From the IMG/VR virus record IMGVR_UViG_3300049324_000002, positions 64,001 to 128,000 of that record: DNA of 64,000 nt. One strand, 5' to 3'. The stretch comes from a virus. Below are positions 29,235 to 39,735 of this stretch, piece by piece (position 1 is the first letter of the stretch; the number at the start of each line of letters is the position of its first letter). The notes under the pieces are model-generated. The model was not told the origin of the DNA. It made no database searches and was given only the letters and a program-made list of their open reading frames with translations. Made by a program: the position numbers and the translations under genes.

Positions 29235-29428
29235 CACTCTTCAATCTCTTCAAGAAAATCATTAATATCAACATAAGCAACAACCGTACGAAGAACGCGA
29301 ACCCGGCCATCAGTAGATGGCTCCTGTACTACGCGCACAGTCTCAGTAGCGCCATTTGCAACGCCCAAAGTAGCAACAATCCACCACTCACCGGGAGCAG
29401 GCTCCATTTTATTATGGTCGAAAGCCAT
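29234..29428 (-). CDS. paralog family D, member
   Basis: EPAPGEWW ... VRVVQEPSTDGRVRV ... VDINDF. Confidence 0.6.
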   Translation of the reverse strand: MAFDHNKMEPAPGEWWIVATLGVANGATETVRVVQEPSTDGRVRVLRTVVAYVDINDFLEEIEE

Positions 29429-29429
29429 A

Positions 29430-29903
29430 TCATCCATCTCCTTCCGCAAGAAATGCGCGAGCCGCCGTAAGTCCGCTAGGAGTGAGAACAATAACAGCGC
29501 CAATATTAGCGTCAAGCTCAAGGCGACCGAAATAATCAGGTAGTCCATTTGGCGTACCTCTTAATTCAATAAAGCTCCAATCAAGAAGCTCCTGGATAAC
29601 ACCATTATGGTACGTATTCATACGAACCAAATCACCAAGAGGATTAAGAATAATCAATCCATACTTACGAACAGTATCAGACGCAATAACAAGATAGCTA
29701 GTAGAGTCATTAACATCTTCCAACTCTTCCAGCAACTGCCGTGCTTCATCACTTATAGAAGGCAACCCTCGATCAGACATCGGAACACCATTCCTCAATC
29801 CATACAACGAATCCCCATACAATGACTTCCAGTACAACCCAAACCTATGAACTAAATCACAAGCCTCCTCCAAAGTAATTTCTCGGTTTTCAGGAACCCA
29901 CAT
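29430..29903 (-). CDS. hypothetical protein, possible winged-helix C-terminus (start may be internal)
   Basis: LTPSGL.AA wing-like motif. Confidence 0.55.
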   Translation of the reverse strand: MWVPENREITLEEACDLVHRFGLYWKSLYGDSLYGLRNGVPMSDRGLPSISDEARQLLEELEDVNDSTSYLVIASDTVRKYGLIILNPLGDLVRMNTYHNGVIQELLDWSFIELRGTPNGLPDYFGRLELDANIGAVIVLTPSGLTAARAFLAEGDG

Positions 29904-30088
29904 TATGACTCCCTAAGATCCGATACATTAACAAGCACGCTAGTCATCTTCAAAGTAAACCCAACCAAGACAGTACCATCCTCAGAAGGATAATCCTCAA
30001 GCTCAACAAGCAATTGCTGTGAGGGCACTGGAATACTCATGCCAGAACGACCAACGAGAGTAACAATTTTGCCTGGATAAAGTCTCAT
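29903..30088 (-). CDS. paralog family D, member
   Basis: PSEDGTVLV ... VNVSDL. Confidence 0.65.
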   Translation of the reverse strand: MRLYPGKIVTLVGRSGMSIPVPSQQLLVELEDYPSEDGTVLVGFTLKMTSVLVNVSDLRES

Positions 30089-30091
30089 CTC

Positions 30092-30277
30092 TTAACTCGC
30101 TATCTCTTGTAAATCAGACGCATGAACATGAGTATAAACCATAAACGAAACTAACACAGTACCATCATCAAGAAGAGGGGGACGCTCAACCCACACTATC
30201 AAATCACTAGGAAGACGAATATCCAACTGTGCATCATCACGCAAAACCATATGACGACCACTATCAATATTCATCAC
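30092..30277 (-). CDS. paralog family D, member
   Basis: DDGTVLV ... VHASDL. Confidence 0.65.
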   Translation of the reverse strand: MMNIDSGRHMVLRDDAQLDIRLPSDLIVWVERPPLLDDGTVLVSFMVYTHVHASDLQEIAS

Positions 30278-30684
30278 AAATGCCTTTCCGCCAAATCACT
30301 TACATGCACTAAACAAGTACATCTCACAGAAACCAACCCTGCATCATTCGGGCCATTCATAATCTTCACTGCACGCCCCGTAAAATTAGGGACTGCGTGC
30401 GGCGCAAGAAAATAGTACTCGCCAGGGTGTACAGGACGAACCGGCTCAAGATCCGGCTGCTCCAGCGCCAGTATCGTCTCCCTACGAGGCCACGTGTCAC
30501 GACCACGATGCCACTCCATCTCGGGCTCTGTCCAAACATCCAACTCAAGGATATATACCTCGCGAGTGATATCGTAACCAATCACAGTAGCCGAACCACC
30601 AAGCTGATACGAGTCAGGATCCTCCATACAAAAAACACGCGCGCCATTAGGATAACGATCAAACGGAGGAAGATCCGACATCAC
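30274..30684 (-). CDS. two-domain paralog family D, member
   Basis: C-terminal PGEYY ... PNDAGLVSV ... VHVSDL. Confidence 0.65.
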   Translation of the reverse strand: MMSDLPPFDRYPNGARVFCMEDPDSYQLGGSATVIGYDITREVYILELDVWTEPEMEWHRGRDTWPRRETILALEQPDLEPVRPVHPGEYYFLAPHAVPNFTGRAVKIMNGPNDAGLVSVRCTCLVHVSDLAERHL

Positions 30685-31331
30685 AACTCCTAGCGGTAGA
30701 ACAGATGGTTAGCGTAATTCGTACCAAGATTAATTCCATAACACAAAGCCAAAACCAGAACAACAACACCAAGAACTAAAACAGTCCAGTTAACTCTCAT
30801 CCGCAAGACCCAACTCCCTCTCCAACGCCTCCACCCGACCAGCCAACTCGATGCCAAAATCAGTCATCACATGCCTAGCCATAGCGCCCGCACAAGCCGA
30901 ACGCTCCGCGCTATCCGCAGGAAACAACGTAACAGGGAAACAATCAGCAACAGCAAAACACTTATTCTTCCATTCCTTCAACTCAGTAAGAACTGCCTGC
31001 TTCTCAGCCTTCACATAACTATCCATCACAACCCCAATGCCAGGCAGATCGCAAACAGGACACCACCGACAGTCACGAAAAAGAACACCAGCGGTAGCAG
31101 CATGACACCTCCTACCGAGAACTACAGTCACTACCAGCAACACCAACAAGTACAACTCTACAGGCTCAATGCAAGATTGTCAACTATGCAGGATCACGAG
31201 GTCCCTCCGATCCATCTTCCCGGGGGGCAAATCCAGGGAGCGATCGATCGTAGATCAGTAGACACCGTACATGCGAGGGCGTGACCAGCACATACAAGAA
31301 TTACTGGCGAATACAGAAAGCAAGCGCAACG

Positions 31332-31598
31332 TCAGCCAGTAATAACATGCCAACCTTTAATGATAGTGTAACCAACCACCAATCTATCAAAACCATCAGA
31401 ATGCACAAGAACGGGAGAGTCACCAAGAAAATGTGACTTCACCATATCCAACACTAACCCGGCCGCATACTCATACTGACAAGCATACTCAGTCTGATCA
31501 GACATACCATCAAAATAAGATTCCAAAATCCTATTCAACTCTGCAGCCCAATCAGTAGCCGCATCCATACAAGCGGGAGAAGTCACTAACTTATTCAT
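31332..31598 (-). CDS. paralog family C, member
   Basis: LVTSP....A..WA.ELN ... PVLV. Confidence 0.7.
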   Translation of the reverse strand: MNKLVTSPACMDAATDWAAELNRILESYFDGMSDQTEYACQYEYAAGLVLDMVKSHFLGDSPVLVHSDGFDRLVVGYTIIKGWHVITG

Positions 31599-31861
31599 CG
31601 ATTAACAACCGCCATCCACTGATCAAGCCAAAACCAAACCACCATCATCTGATCAAGAGACACCAACACCGGGTCATCAGTAATAAACGCACTACGAGTA
31701 GGATGAATCTTCACACCACCAACCTCAAAGTAAAGACCAGCCGCAAACAAAACATCCTCAACATCTAAATCCTTGTCGCGCATACGATCATTAAGACGCA
31801 GAGCCCACGCATTCGCCTCCCCAACATAAAAAGCATTAGTCACAAGCTCAGAAGTATTCAT
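31595..31861 (-). CDS. paralog family C, member
   Basis: LVTN.....A..WA..LN ... PVLVS. Confidence 0.7.
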   Translation of the reverse strand: MNTSELVTNAFYVGEANAWALRLNDRMRDKDLDVEDVLFAAGLYFEVGGVKIHPTRSAFITDDPVLVSLDQMMVVWFWLDQWMAVVNR

Positions 31862-32055
31862 CGTTGCCTCAACTTTATAGGAACTCTCACCCTAACAAGC
31901 TTACCATTCTCAACATCCCACGTCGCATGCAACACATCATACGTATTACCATGCAGCGCCACACGATCACTATCCGGGGGGACAGCCGGGAGAACCACAT
32001 CGTAATAAGAATTGTCGGGAAAAACAAACCTAACGTCCATCACCCAACCTCACAA

Positions 32056-32370
32056 TCATCGTGGTTCCAACACCGCAAAGAAGCCCTCACCCGGGCTCAA
32101 CCGAACAACAAGCAACCCAGTATAAGACACCAACCGCACATCATCCCGAGTAAAATCACACAACTTCTTATCCAACCTCACATTACCAGCAACACCAGTC
32201 AACAAAGCATTATCAATAACAGTATCCTCTCCCCAATCATGCATCCTCGAAGTCAAAGACAACGCCCAACCCACCGCCATCTGCCCACAACCAGGAGCGG
32301 TCACAAACTCAGTCTTAGACATTAGAAACCACAATCCACTCATCACAAGCATGAACATACCTAATAACAA
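32056..32370 (-). CDS. paralog family C, member (start probably 32322)
   Basis: FVTAP....A..WA..L ... RLVS. Confidence 0.65.
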   Translation of the reverse strand: MLLGMFMLVMSGLWFLMSKTEFVTAPGCGQMAVGWALSLTSRMHDWGEDTVIDNALLTGVAGNVRLDKKLCDFTRDDVRLVSYTGLLVVRLSPGEGFFAVLEPR

Positions 32371-32584
32371 ACCAACGATTAATCGACACTAACAAAGCAC
32401 CACGAATAGTGAAATCACTCACATTGCGATCCAACCAAACATCACAAACATTCGCATGCTGCTGAGCCTGCTCCAACACCCCAGCTACACCAACATGACC
32501 AGTAAACTGATCCACCGCGTCACACCACAACTGAGCAAAATCAACATAGTCAGGATGACTCACAGGATCGGCAAAAAACATCAC
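32315..32584 (-). CDS. paralog family C, member
   Basis: PVSHP....A..W ... LLVS. Confidence 0.65.
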   Translation of the reverse strand: MMFFADPVSHPDYVDFAQLWCDAVDQFTGHVGVAGVLEQAQQHANVCDVWLDRNVSDFTIRGALLVSINRWFVIRYVHACDEWIVVSNV

Positions 32585-32706
32585 AACTCACTCTCTAAAA
32601 CATCAACGAGAATTCCCAATCGCCTCCGCAATCTCAATCGCAGAAGTCAACGTCGCATCCGTAATAACAGCAGCATCAACCTGAGTCATTTCCTCAGCCA
32701 CAACAC

Positions 32707-32982
32707 TCACCTCCTCACACGCCACGAATCTCTGGCAAACACAACAACCTTGTTCTGATCAAAAGAAACCAACACCACAAACATCCCACCCGGGCCATGA
32801 CTCACAGACGAAGCAACACAAGAAATCGATTCCTCCGCAGTCCACCCCAACGCAAAAGCAGTATCAACCTGCGCCTCAACCAAACGATAATTATTGCGAA
32901 GCTGAAAATTCAACTCATCAACCCAAGACTGCGCCTCATCATCAAACTCAGGCTCCGTCACCAACCTCGAAGTGTTCGTCAT
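32707..32982 (-). CDS. paralog family C, member with MTNT start
   Basis: LVTEP....A..WV.ELN ... VLVS. Confidence 0.7.
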   Translation of the reverse strand: MTNTSRLVTEPEFDDEAQSWVDELNFQLRNNYRLVEAQVDTAFALGWTAEESISCVASSVSHGPGGMFVVLVSFDQNKVVVFARDSWRVRR

Positions 32983-33250
32983 ACACACATCCTACCGTAC
33001 ATCACACACAACGACAACCTGGGGTACAACAAAACAGGGGGTTTCGTTGGAACTAGAGCCCGAACCTACAACGAACGTTGCACCCCCAGCCACACCACAC
33101 CGGGGCTGTGTTGGAGCCTCCCGCCCTCATCCACCCGGCCCGCCAGCCACACTCCAACCCAGCATTGGCGCCGCTTGGTCACACCTTGGACAAAGCTAGG
33201 AACCGAAACAATCCAACCTAAAAACCCAGTAAAAACTGATAGAAAGGAAA

Positions 33251-33822
33251 CGGGACTCCGGCTATGGGACCCATCGGTTTTAGCGTAAAGGCAGTCAAAA
33301 TTTTAGATAAGAGAATCCCGTTCTGGAGGGGTTTCTGTGGACACCCCCTAGAACAAACATGGGGAACAGGGGTTAAAAAATGGACATGCTACAAATGCTT
33401 ATCAGTCTTTGTGCTGGACGAAGTAGAACAGGTGTGGAAACACGAAGACGGTAGACCAACAGTATGGCACAGCCTCGGAATCAAATGAGGGAGAGAGAGA
33501 AGTACAGAATACAAAATTGCAAACAGCTAAAGGACAACCACAGCGGGAGACACCCAGAGAGTTGAAGATTAAGAGCATCGTAAACCCGTACTCGTAAAAC
33601 AGAAAATATGGGACCCAACCATAAAGGACCCGTATGGGACCCATTGGAAAAATCGAAAATAGTTACTATGAAAATCGGTAGCTCCAAAACTGGGAGCGGC
33701 TGGGAGCTAGCTTGGAACTCCCAGGTCAGAAAGGAGATCGTGAATGCGTATGCATGGGACCCCGCGTGCAACTGGTGGGGGCTGATGCCACGACGCAACG
33801 GGACTCCGACGATGGGTCCCCC
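33251..33822. repeat. cluster of ATGGGACCCAT palindromes and variants
   Basis: Perfect at 33264 and 33634; variants at 33608, 33754, 33812; GGGACTCC at 33252 and 33800. Confidence 0.6.
33264..33488 (+). CDS. zinc-ribbon protein, divergent orientation
   Basis: FCGH ... WTCYKC; SD AGAAAGGA upstream. Confidence 0.55.
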   Translation: MGPIGFSVKAVKILDKRIPFWRGFCGHPLEQTWGTGVKKWTCYKCLSVFVLDEVEQVWKHEDGRPTVWHSLGIK

Positions 33823-34120
33823 TATAAGCCAAATCCTAGATACAATCCTACCACACATCGTAGAACCAGTCAAGCTAGTAGGATCACACGATTGGGTGAC
33901 TAGGCGAGGGCTAACGGAGGGCCGCGCACATACAACCCACACAGAGGGCAAAGCAAAAGCACAATGAATTCATGCATTAAAATAAAACGATTTAAAAGAA
34001 TGAACTAAAGTAATTCACACAATGCAATAGAACACACTAGGCTAATGCATTCATCACATACATGCAATGCAATCATGAATCAATCATCACACATACACAC
34101 AATGCAATAGAGTACACACA

Positions 34121-34549
34121 TCACACACGGTGACGTGCGTGCGCACGTGCATGTGCACCCCACGTAGGCTTGACCACAGACACCCACACCACCACCAACA
34201 AGACACCCACACACAACACCCGTGCCCACCACACCACCACCCACACAGGAGGCCACCACACCACCCACGTGCCCACACCCACCACCACCGTGGTCAGGCA
34301 CACCTTCACCCACACCCACCCGGCCCGCCACCACGGTGAGGACAGGGCCAACAACAGACCGCTCCCCACCGCCACCCCAGACGCCATACACAAGGGCAAC
34401 AACACCACCCTGCAGAGCAGCACCACCAACACAGGTGACCCCCACACAGCACACACCACCACAACACCCAGTACAGCCCACCAACCCACAGAAGACACAA
34501 TATGAACAACAACAATCAATTGACGTAAAGGACCACGTAAACAACGCAT
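34121..34549 (-). CDS. DUF2269-like actinobacterial membrane protein, extremely G/T-biased
   Basis: R.L.VVVHIVSSVGW ... GLLLAL.SPW....WVWVK..LT ... VSVVKP.WG. Confidence 0.7.
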   Translation of the reverse strand: MRCLRGPLRQLIVVVHIVSSVGWWAVLGVVVVCAVWGSPVLVVLLCRVVLLPLCMASGVAVGSGLLLALSSPWWRAGWVWVKVCLTTVVVGVGTWVVWWPPVWVVVWWARVLCVGVLLVVVWVSVVKPTWGAHARAHARHRV

Positions 34550-34925
34550 AGGGACGGCCCTATATAAAGGCCTGTCTAGAAAGGCCCCTTTACGGAAAGC
34601 CGGTACTTGAGGGGGGTTTACAGTCACGATTCAATCCCCTGAATTGAAGAACCCAATAACCGGGATTCCCCATACAACGAACCCAGGAGAAACAAGAAAC
34701 GGGCCTACGAAAAATCGTAGAACCCGTTCCCTGGATAAAGCCTATTTAGTTTAGATTCAGAGCCCGAAAGTTGATTTACCCTTCCTTTCCCGCCTATCCA
34801 ACCACAAACCAATTCCTGCAAGAATCGTACAAAGAAGTGCGCCCACTGCCATCCACAAAAGGAAACTAATCAAACCACTTAAGATATCCATTCTAGAAAG
34901 CCCCCTAAATTGCAATGAACGAATA

Positions 34926-35117
34926 TCAGCTAAGCGATTTAAGCGGAACCCAAGAAATGCGATTACTACCATCAAATCTCACCGGAACCGTACCATCATC
35001 GGAAACAGGCCCCATAACATAAGCCTGACCAATCTTATCCGTATCAAAACCCACATTCACATAAACTTCGGAGTCCTTGAAAATCCTGGAGGGATCGATC
35101 CATTTGGAGTTCGTCAT
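34926..35117 (-). CDS. MTN-start SH3-like protein (family D-like)
   Basis: PVSDDGTVPVRF....WVPLKSL. Confidence 0.7.
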   Translation of the reverse strand: MTNSKWIDPSRIFKDSEVYVNVGFDTDKIGQAYVMGPVSDDGTVPVRFDGSNRISWVPLKSLS

Positions 35118-35168
35118 GCTAGAAGCATAGCACCACCACGCGGACAACGCAAGTAGGTAAACCCTGTA

Positions 35169-35564
35169 TCACCCGTTCGGGTTGACGCGACCAGACTTAT
35201 CGACCACATCAGGCGTCAAGCGGAACGCACCCGCAAACTCCAACCCCGGGGGCAGCGCAGGACGGCCACGCTTCACAGACCCGCTACGTGGGGCAGAGCG
35301 GGACGGTGACGGCCTAGCAGCCACACGCGGGACACCACCCACCCGGCCCGCAGAGCGGGACACAGCAGGCACCGCAGCAGGCTCAAACAGCCCGTCAGAA
35401 ACAACCTCGTCAGCAGGCGCATCACACAGCACGTACGGCTCACCAGACACCGGAACCGCAGCGCACGGCAAGTGCGAATCAAACGCACCCACAGACGGGA
35501 AAACAACGTGGCAAGAACCACACCCCGCAGATTCAGCATTCCAGCCATTCGGATACCTAGCCAT
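35169..35564 (-). CDS. phage FDxH-type zinc-binding protein
   Basis: CGSCH..F..V.AFDSH. Confidence 0.65.
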   Translation of the reverse strand: MARYPNGWNAESAGCGSCHVVFPSVGAFDSHLPCAAVPVSGEPYVLCDAPADEVVSDGLFEPAAVPAVSRSAGRVGGVPRVAARPSPSRSAPRSGSVKRGRPALPPGLEFAGAFRLTPDVVDKSGRVNPNG

Positions 35565-36522
35565 AGTAGGTCCTACCGCCTAACCAAAGAAGCCCGCACA
35601 AACCGCCAAAGATCGTAGCCAATCAGAAAACACAAAGCAAACCACAAAGAATTATCTGAAACAACATCCCACACCGAACGAAACACATCAACAACAAATG
35701 AAACAAGCATTGCAATCACGCCACTTCGAGTTGGTCAGCAACCAAACCTGAACAAATCTTTTCCACTCCACCCTCAACCGACGACGATTCAAAGCGGCAG
35801 GAAAGGCCCCCGTCACGATTTGCGAACGTCATCGAGTAGGACCACGTAACCGCGTGCACGTAAACCGGTAACGAGTTGGGAACCAAAGTGATTGGCACTA
35901 AAACCGACCCAATCACCGCAACGATCGAAGCAAGCACACCCATGATGTTCGTCATACCCGTATGTCGGTGCAGCGACCGCAAACGTTACACCAGGGGAAA
36001 TGAAAAATTCCACACGAACGGGCGCGGTTTCAGGCCAGTCCAGGAGTAACGAAAAGCAGACTTACAACGATACACACTATTTAGATATCAAAGAATACAG
36101 GGTCTAACACCTAGCCATTCCACCAGGCCCTTTACCCAATAACAGCCCACCCGGGGGCACAGATACTCATACCGGCTAAACACACATCTCAATTCATGAA
36201 AAGCCAGTCAATCAATGATCGTGATTTGGAGATTGGGGAAGATAAACGAGTCACGATTTAGACGAAGGCAGGCCACACATCCTCACGACCATTAAAAGAA
36301 CGGAACACAGTCATCAAATCTGAATACAATGCACGAACAATGAATACATTTGCCTCCTCGTGAGACACAGAAAGGACAGGTGAATCAGCGGATTCATTAA
36401 TTCCATCAAGCACATCCATAACAGAATCGACAGAACCGGGGGCACATATAATCTGCAAAGACTGAAACATTGCAATACCTCACATCACGTGAAAGAGGAT
36501 TGAATTGGGGGGAACAATCGAG

Positions 36523-36738
36523 TCAGAACTTAGTTGCACCATAAACGGCACCGCCAAGAGCGATCACAGACAGCAAGGCGAAAGCAATCGCGTCCAACGG
36601 GTGCGGGCTCGTGATCAATGAAGTGGCATAAGCACCACTCACCATCGACACCAACAGCAAGAAGAAAGCCATCACCACATCAGGAAGCTTAGCGATTCGA
36701 GAGGACTTCGAGGACTTGGGGGATTCGGTGTTCGCCAT
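36523..36738 (-). CDS. small two-TM membrane protein (MANT start)
   Basis: Cassette promoter; two hydrophobic helices. Confidence 0.7.
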   Translation of the reverse strand: MANTESPKSSKSSRIAKLPDVVMAFFLLLVSMVSGAYATSLITSPHPLDAIAFALLSVIALGGAVYGATKF

Positions 36739-36844
36739 AAAAGAAGCATACCGTGAAACCACACACCACGCAAGTCAGTAGACATACACGATCAGGTACG
36801 TAACGTCAGGGACCCCACCCGCGATAGCGGGCAGGGCCACCAAC

Positions 36845-37495
36845 TCAAGCAGTCAGCAAACGCAGGTTCTGAGAACCCAACACATAAGCCATACCAGTCA
36901 AAAGAACACCAATCAAAAGACCGGCAAGACCATCCCACACACCAGAACCAGTAGCCATTGTCAAACTCAAACCAATCGAACCAAGAACACAACCAATCAT
37001 ATCAGCAGTGTCCTCAGATAAAACAGTTTTCGCATTCACATTAGTAGTGGTGCGAAGCAATTCGATCCAACCAATACCTCTCGAAACACGCTCCTCATTT
37101 AATGCTTTATAAGCATTCCACCAAGAAGTGGCCTCCAAACAGAACGAGATAGCCAAAACAAGAATACCAACCCCATTCAGTGAATTAGAAACCTCATCAC
37201 CGAACACTGAACGAATACCCTCGTAAATGGCGTACAAACCACCAATCACAAACATATTCACAGAAGCAACCAACGCCCAGAAGAACTGCGCCTTACTCCA
37301 ACGCTTTGAGTGCCACACACCACCCAAAAGAATCAATTCAGTGGAGCTATCAACCAATGAGTGCGCCGCTTCAGACAACATAGCGGCAGAACCAGTGAGA
37401 AAACCAATTCCCGCTTTAGCAACGAAGATCGTCGTGTTCACACCCAACGCCCAAACGACGGGGCCTGAACTGTGGGTTTCCGTGGTGTTCGTCAT
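36845..37495 (-). CDS. cation diffusion facilitator (CDF) transporter, TM domain only
   Basis: ALGVN..I..AK...GF.TGSAAMLSEAAHSLVD ... G.YAIYEGI ... EDTA ... VWDG.A...IGVLL; no cytoplasmic C-terminal domain. Confidence 0.88.
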   Translation of the reverse strand: MTNTTETHSSGPVVWALGVNTTIFVAKAGIGFLTGSAAMLSEAAHSLVDSSTELILLGGVWHSKRWSKAQFFWALVASVNMFVIGGLYAIYEGIRSVFGDEVSNSLNGVGILVLAISFCLEATSWWNAYKALNEERVSRGIGWIELLRTTTNVNAKTVLSEDTADMIGCVLGSIGLSLTMATGSGVWDGLAGLLIGVLLTGMAYVLGSQNLRLLTA

Positions 37496-38439
37496 ACAAG
37501 AAGCATAACGTAAGCACGACGACAACGCAAGTCAGTAGACATACACGATCGAGTAGTAACACAACTGGCCCCACCTACGATGCAAGTGAGGCCAATCGAT
37601 TAAACAAACCTCGGGAAATCAATTGAATAGGTCCAAGCAGGAAGCGCATGATACAATCTACGAATCACATCAAAAAGAATGGCAGTATCACCACTCACAG
37701 TATAAATAGCAGCAACAGAATTCAATTCAACCTCAAGACCAGGATTACCACCAGTAGCATCAAAGAAAACAGCTTCAATGGTGGTACTGAAATCACTATT
37801 CATATTGATTTTAATAAACGAATCCATTTGCTTAACCAATCCAAGAATGAATCACCAAGAAACGATTAACAACAATCAATCTTCAATTACAACATTACTA
37901 GAATGAATCCACGCCATGTGCCCAACAAAGTCACCTTCGCTTTCTGGCCAAACATAAAGCCAACCACCATTCTCAACAGCACCCAAAGAACACAAAACAA
38001 CGTCATCAGCATGTCCAGAAATTTCACCACTCTGACCATTCGGCTTAAACACAACATCGCATTTCAGAATAGCTCTAACAGTATCAGTGTGGTGATTCTT
38101 AAAATTAGACACAATGACCCCCAATAAGAAAATGAATCACGTAGAAACGATTACGAATTACCGACCGCCAATAGGTGAAAGACATTACGGGGCAGTCAAA
38201 ACCTTTTCAGCCGGGACATCGTCAACCGCAACACGGCCACGCAACGCACGAACCGCCCGTACGCGCACCACACCACCAGCACCGGGATAACCATCAACGA
38301 TCACCGCACGACCCGCCAGCGGCGAATCAACGCCCTCAGCCAACCGACCACGCACACCCGGGAACAACCGCGAATCACGCACCACAACCTCCAAGTTTTT
38401 GTGACTACACCCAGTACATCGTAAAACCACGCAAGAACG

Positions 38440-38781
38440 TTACGACCGAACAGCGTGAATCTGGGCAAGAACCTCATCAGACAAATCCACCACACCCATA
38501 TCTTCAAGAACAGAAAGCGCGCCCTCAATGTCACCCTCACCCGGACCATCCGCACACATCTCAATAACCGCATTCAACAAACCACGATCACCCAACAAAC
38601 GCATTCCCAAACGCGACACAACAGCGCTCACAGAAGCGTGCTCCTCCAACAAATCAGAACGACCAGCGGTTGACAATTCAATCATTGAAGTCACCGCACC
38701 ATCAAAAGCCTTTGCAAGCGTAGAATCCAGAGGACCGGCAAACACGAAATCAGCCATTTCATTTCCCTCGATGTTCGTCAT
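38440..38781 (-). CDS. MTNI-start protein, paralog of 39736-40095
   Basis: GPLD....KAFD ... RLGMRLLG.R shared by both. Confidence 0.75.
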   Translation of the reverse strand: MTNIEGNEMADFVFAGPLDSTLAKAFDGAVTSMIELSTAGRSDLLEEHASVSAVVSRLGMRLLGDRGLLNAVIEMCADGPGEGDIEGALSVLEDMGVVDLSDEVLAQIHAVRS

Positions 38782-38826
38782 GATGAAATCATAGCACAGT
38801 TGGACAGACCACGCAAGTAGGTAAAC

Positions 38827-39093
38827 CTAGCGATTCAGGGGAACGCCCGCAGCGACAGACAGAGCAGCATCACGAGCGGCGGCCAAACGATCCCGGCCAG
38901 CGGCCGTCAGGCGCACCCGCAGACGCACAACACGACCGCGACGCACCGACACCACCTCAGCCAAACCAGCGGACACCACCTCGTCAACAGTCGACAGAAG
39001 CGACGCACCCACCTCAACCAACTCAGGCTCACGACCAGCCAGCTCCAGCGCGCTGAAAACCAACCGAGGCCGGGAAAACTTTGTGTTCGTCAT
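38827..39093 (-). CDS. small winged-helix-like protein (MTNT start)
   Basis: LV.AGL.E ... RLT.AGR motif. Confidence 0.65.
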   Translation of the reverse strand: MTNTKFSRPRLVFSALELAGREPELVEVGASLLSTVDEVVSAGLAEVVSVRRGRVVRLRVRLTAAGRDRLAAARDAALSVAAGVPLNR

Positions 39094-39147
39094 GATGAAA
39101 TCATAGCATAGCTGGACCCAACACGCAAGCCGGTAAAGCAAGAATTT

Positions 39148-39633
39148 CTAGCAAACCTCAAGAGCAGAGCGCAGCACCCAACCAACACACGAAGTGCTAC
39201 CGCCCCGACGCACCCAAGTCACCCGGACCGATTCATCGTCAAGCGCACCACGCGCGCACCAAACAATTGCACCTTTACTAACACGCACATACGTATCACC
39301 ATCAGATAAAGAAACAACAGTCAACAAACGACACTTAACACGCTCAGAAGTAATGTCAGGATTAATCATTGCACCGGCTTGAGCAATTACAGTAGCGGGA
39401 CTAGAAACAGGTAATGGCTCTTTGGCATAATCACCAGTACCATTCTTACAATCACGCCTATCCTTTTGCACACATCGAACAAACAACGAAACAAGGTAAC
39501 CAATCAACAACATCAACCAAAAGACACCAGTAATCGTAAAATATGTCATGGGAGAAACGAATCCAGTAATGAATTCAAGGGCAGTGAAACCACCCCACCA
39601 AGCAATGGAATGAATCGCAATAGTGTTCGTCAT
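39148..39633 (-). CDS. membrane-anchored protein with SH3-like C-terminus (MTNT start)
   Basis: Two TM helices; KGAIV ... GWV.RSALE. Confidence 0.7.
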   Translation of the reverse strand: MTNTIAIHSIAWWGGFTALEFITGFVSPMTYFTITGVFWLMLLIGYLVSLFVRCVQKDRRDCKNGTGDYAKEPLPVSSPATVIAQAGAMINPDITSERVKCRLLTVVSLSDGDTYVRVSKGAIVWCARGALDDESVRVTWVRRGGSTSCVGWVLRSALEVC

Positions 39634-39735
39634 GCAACAAGCATAGCATAGCTGGACACGACACGCAAATCGGTAGCGACAAACAGAAGATCCCCCACCC
39701 GGGCAGGCGAGGGACCGTCTGGAGCCATAGACCAA

